Shown: one piece after another, positions 60,244-64,000 of the stretch
Numbering within the stretch: position 1 is the stretch's first letter
Layout: each line of letters starts with the position of its first letter
Assembly: GCA_951406725.2 (NCBI GenBank)
Contig: OX597814.1
Coordinates: 161,696,001-161,760,000, forward strand
Direction of reading: 5' to 3'
DNA: 64,000 nucleotides
Source of the DNA: Octopus vulgaris
Lineage: Eukaryota
Position numbers and translations under genes: made by a program
The notes under the pieces: model-generated
Told to the model about the DNA's origin: nothing
Seen by the model: the letters and a program-made list of their open reading frames with translations, nothing else
Databases searched by the model: none

Positions 60244-62980
60244 TTAAATTGCTTGCACCAAAATTTGAAATCATTCTTTCCTAAGTTCTCTTGGAAAGCT
60301 TAGGACACTTTGCAGGAAAAAAAAACATTAATCCATTCTCATCTCATCTCCATACTGGTAATATAAATTTAGTCTTTGCTCAATTCTGATTCAGCATACC
60401 TTTGATGAAAGGTATTCCAGTTATGACCATCCCAACCCATTCTTTTTTTATTTATTCTTTTTATTCACATTGTACATTGGCAATCTTGTGAGTAGAGAAA
60501 GATTTAGCTGCTATTTTTAGTAGATAAAGTGAACCTGTAGTAGCTTATTCATTAGCTCACAGATATAAATTAGTTAGAATGGATGGAAGGCAGAATCTAA
60601 AATTATTTCTCTGAACGTAATTCTCCGTTATCTGTTCAGGAAATTCATTCTACTGATTTAAATTTGAACATATTATCTAAACTGAAATCATAGGTTTTTA
60701 TTTAAAAAAAAGAAACCCATTTTGTATTAGAAATTTATCTATAATGTTAGGAGTTTGATTTCAGAATGATCAAAACAGAGAAAAACAAAAAAAAAATCAA
60801 TAAGAAGTAAAAATAAACACAGCTTGAAACATGTTGCTGAGAGATGTATGTATTGCTTTATCAAAATTTATTTCGATAATATATGATTATAGCAATTTAA
60901 AATGAAAAAGAATTTCTACAGAATAAATCCCTATCAATACCACACACCACAATAACTATACTAACAGCAAAATGAATTATAGAAACAGTTGCCAAATTTC
61001 CATCAAATGTTATCCTAATATCTTTAAAGGAAAAAGTAAATGGAAGGGTGTAGTGCATAACACAGAGGAAGGTGGACTTCCTGAGAAAATGATGGGATTA
61101 TCACTGCTTGAATGCCTGCGACCATGCCTGCTCAATGACAGCTATCTAATCTAGGACTAAACAACTGATACACTGACGTAAAAACAACCAAGTCAATAAT
61201 GGAGATATTAACCATAGAAACATAGATAAGTCAACAGTGAAGCTTTTATGTGGTCACTCAAATCTCCATCATATCACACTTTATCTTCTTAAATAAGAAA
61301 AGGATATATCAGATATATAGTAGTGCATATCACTAATAAAAAAGATGTTTACATATTGGAATATCTTTGATCATAGGTCTATCTGCTGGAAGTCCATAGT
61401 ATCACTTCTTTGTTGTACCTATCAAATTGATAATAAAGTAAGGACCATTATTCTAAATGCAAGTGTTTCCATGAAGGATTATGGAGGAATGCCAGCCTTC
61501 ATACATAAGAATAATTCCTCAATGCTAGACATTTACATCACTAAAATTCCTTCGATTTAGGAACCATTACCTAGTGTAACTCTCTTTCTTTACCATCATA
61601 AACGAGCAAAATGTGGTAAACTTAAAAAAAAATAATGAAAAATGATAAAATCCCTGAAATATATAAACCAGAGAGTTGCTAACAGTTATACAAAAAGGCA
61701 CAGTGCATATTCACTTCTCAGAAGCGAAGCATTCGGAATTCAATGCCTGAAATTTGTGTACAACAAAAGAAGGGTAAAAAATGGTTATAAATTATTAATT
61801 GTCCAATAATTAATTCTCTTTCCAATTTCTGGTCCATATAAACTATTCATTGGATTTTGTTTCCAACATTGGATCACACCCATAAAAAAAAAAAGCACAT
61901 TCAATCCTCATTGTACAATGCCACCAAATATGCATGCAAAACAATTGAAACTAACCATGCTAGCCTTATATGATTATGCTTCCTCATACGTAAGTGCAAT
62001 AATAAGAGTAGTGGTTCTATCCATCCTCAGCCTCCCTCAAACCAACACACACACGTTTCATCTTGCAATACTACAAGCCATCATACTCTCTCTCTCTCTC
62101 TCTTCTGGAACACTTTTATTACCGCCCAACACCTACTCTTAATACCCTTGGAAGAGGAGTGATTGGCAATTGCAGAGGTGGACAAAGGTAAGGGTACCAC
62201 ATACCCTTCCTCCTCCTCCTCCTCCAATTCCACTATGCCTTTCCCCCCATCACTTACTCCATTCACTCTATCAACCATTCTGGTTCTTCTGATGTCATTG
62301 CTCCCTCCCCACCTATTTACTAAGCAAATGTTCATGCCTTCACTTATTGATAACTCTCTACATGTACCTTCCTATCCTTACTTCTCAACAACTCATTTCT
62401 GGCCTTTCTGCTGTCATTCTTCCTTTTCTAATTCCTTTCTTTGTTTAACATACTTCAGGTTACTTAGCACTCTCTTCATTTTACTGCATATAAAGTACTC
62501 CACTACCTGTGCTGGTGTTACCACAGAATTTGTCATGCTATGTTCCCTGGGGAATAGTGAATAAGGTGGCCTCACTAGTGTTGGGGATCACAAAAAAAAT
62601 GCACCTCATATAAAGTGACTGACAAATGAGCAAAGAACACATTGGATTGACAAATGACTTTAATCCTATTTGTCTGAGGGTTAGGGAACCACTCAAGTGT
62701 TGGTGCCACAAGAAATGAACCCAGTAACATCGTTGGTGATTAGAAGAGCATCCAACTATAGAAAACAAACCAATTGACACATATGAGCACTAGACTTTAA
62801 GAATAGTAGCACCTAATAAGAAATTAGACTGTGGTGACCTATTCAACCCATGCCAACATGGAAACATTGAAAGTAGAGATGAAATGATGATGATGAATAA
62901 ATAAATATAAATATAGACACACATGCATAGACACATGTCTAGAATGTATATATGTACACAGGCAAGCATATATACATTAA

Positions 62981-63201
62981 CCCATTAATGCATAGCATCT
63001 AGAAAAATGGATGCAGAAAAAATTACTACTGCTTGTTAAGTAAACTACCTATTGAGCTTATTTTTGGTATCGTCTGCCTTTAAACTAGTGCTCTATGAAT
63101 GAGCAAGCACTGTGTACAAACAAACCAACTATACATACGTACGAAATAAGTGATAATAATTTTTCCTGCATTTATTTTTCTGGACACTATGAATTATTGG
63201 G
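62981..63201. mobile_element. piggyBac-type MITE
   Basis: TTAA|cccattaatgcatagcatctagaaaaatggatgcag ... ctgcatttatttttctggacactatgaattattggg|TTAA, giving ~36-bp imperfect TIRs. Confidence 0.85.
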
Positions 63202-63344
63202 TTAAACTTATACAAGGAAAAGGTTGACAGTGACTCTGAAGTTTCAACTTGCTCACTTTTGCCAGATTGTGTTTTATTTGAGCAAGCCTTCAGTTTAAAT
63301 TGTTTTTATATATAACTTGATATAAAAACAAACATTAATATATA

Positions 63345-63820
63345 AGGTGGCAAGCTGGTTGAATTGTTAGCACACCAAGCAAAACACTTGGTGATATTTC
63401 ATCCATCTTTAAGTTCTGAGCTCAAATTCTGCCACGGTCAACTGTACCTTTCATTCAGTAGGGGGTCAATAAAATAAGTAATAGTTAAGCATCAGGGACA
63501 ATGTAATTGATTTATAGTTCAAATTTATAGAAAACAAAAGGCAAAGACAGGTGAAGGAACAACAAGCAGGTGTATTAGTTTAACGCTTGGAAAGAATGGA
63601 AAAGTCTTTGATGTTTTGAGCTTTGTTCTTTGACAGAATGGATTAAGAGGGAAAAAAAAAACAAAGAGAGAATGAAAAAAAAACAGAGAGAGAATGAAAA
63701 AAAATGAAGAGAGAATGAAAAAAAGCAAAGAGAGAAAAAATGTGTAGAGATTAATAATAGTTCAACATGTTACCCCACCTCCTGAAATTGTTGGCCTTGT
63801 GCCAAAATTTGAAATCAATA
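63345..63820 (+). mobile_element. Meta-like SINE interrupted by a PLE terminal-repeat fragment (~63513-63765)
   Basis: Head and core run to ~63512 and the tail resumes at ~63770 (ccccacctcctgaaattgttggccttgtgccaaaatttg). The insert matches 22375-22540. Confidence 0.78.
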
Positions 63821-64000
63821 TATATGTATATATATAATCCTCATGTGCATGGTAAACAATGAGAGTCAAAATGACCATGTACATATTCAGTGGATTTGAA
63901 TATGAATATATGCTAATTACTGTTGTGCTTTATCATTGGAGAATACTACTTCTCTTTTCAGACATATGTGTATTCATAATACATTCAATACGCTTTGGGA

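Overview
This is an AT-rich, microsatellite-dense eukaryotic window. Its SINE/LINE repertoire looks like an octopod cephalopod, probably Octopus; this is inferred from repeat style only. I found no host protein-coding exon, tRNA or rRNA gene that I can support, and nearly all short ORFs in the track are microsatellite or antisense artefacts. The window is a stack of transposable elements: one young 5'-truncated CR1-group LINE with a stop-free 914-codon APE-RT frame (53874-56618); RTE and R4/Dong-like LINE pieces; several Penelope-like element (PLE) relics; mariner, Tc1, DD37D-like, Tigger, hAT, piggyBac-type and Helitron elements; and many tRNA-derived SINEs. The most notable signal is a set of short non-coding elements, mostly fold-backs and mostly bordered by (TA)n, that carry minimal type-I hammerhead ribozyme motifs with different catalytic cores. 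These are canonical CUGAUGA (14076), CCGAAGA with a ~115-nt stem II (17864), CUGUUGA (22464), paired motifs on opposite strands (50655/50919 and 56820/56880), and a GUGAACA core (10908) that inverts the C3-G8 tertiary pair to G3-C8. Other highlights are a SINE/CR1 shared 3' tail with a compensatory hairpin and a head-to-head fold-back with a flipped hairpin loop. Coordinates of decayed elements are approximate and all folds were read by eye.
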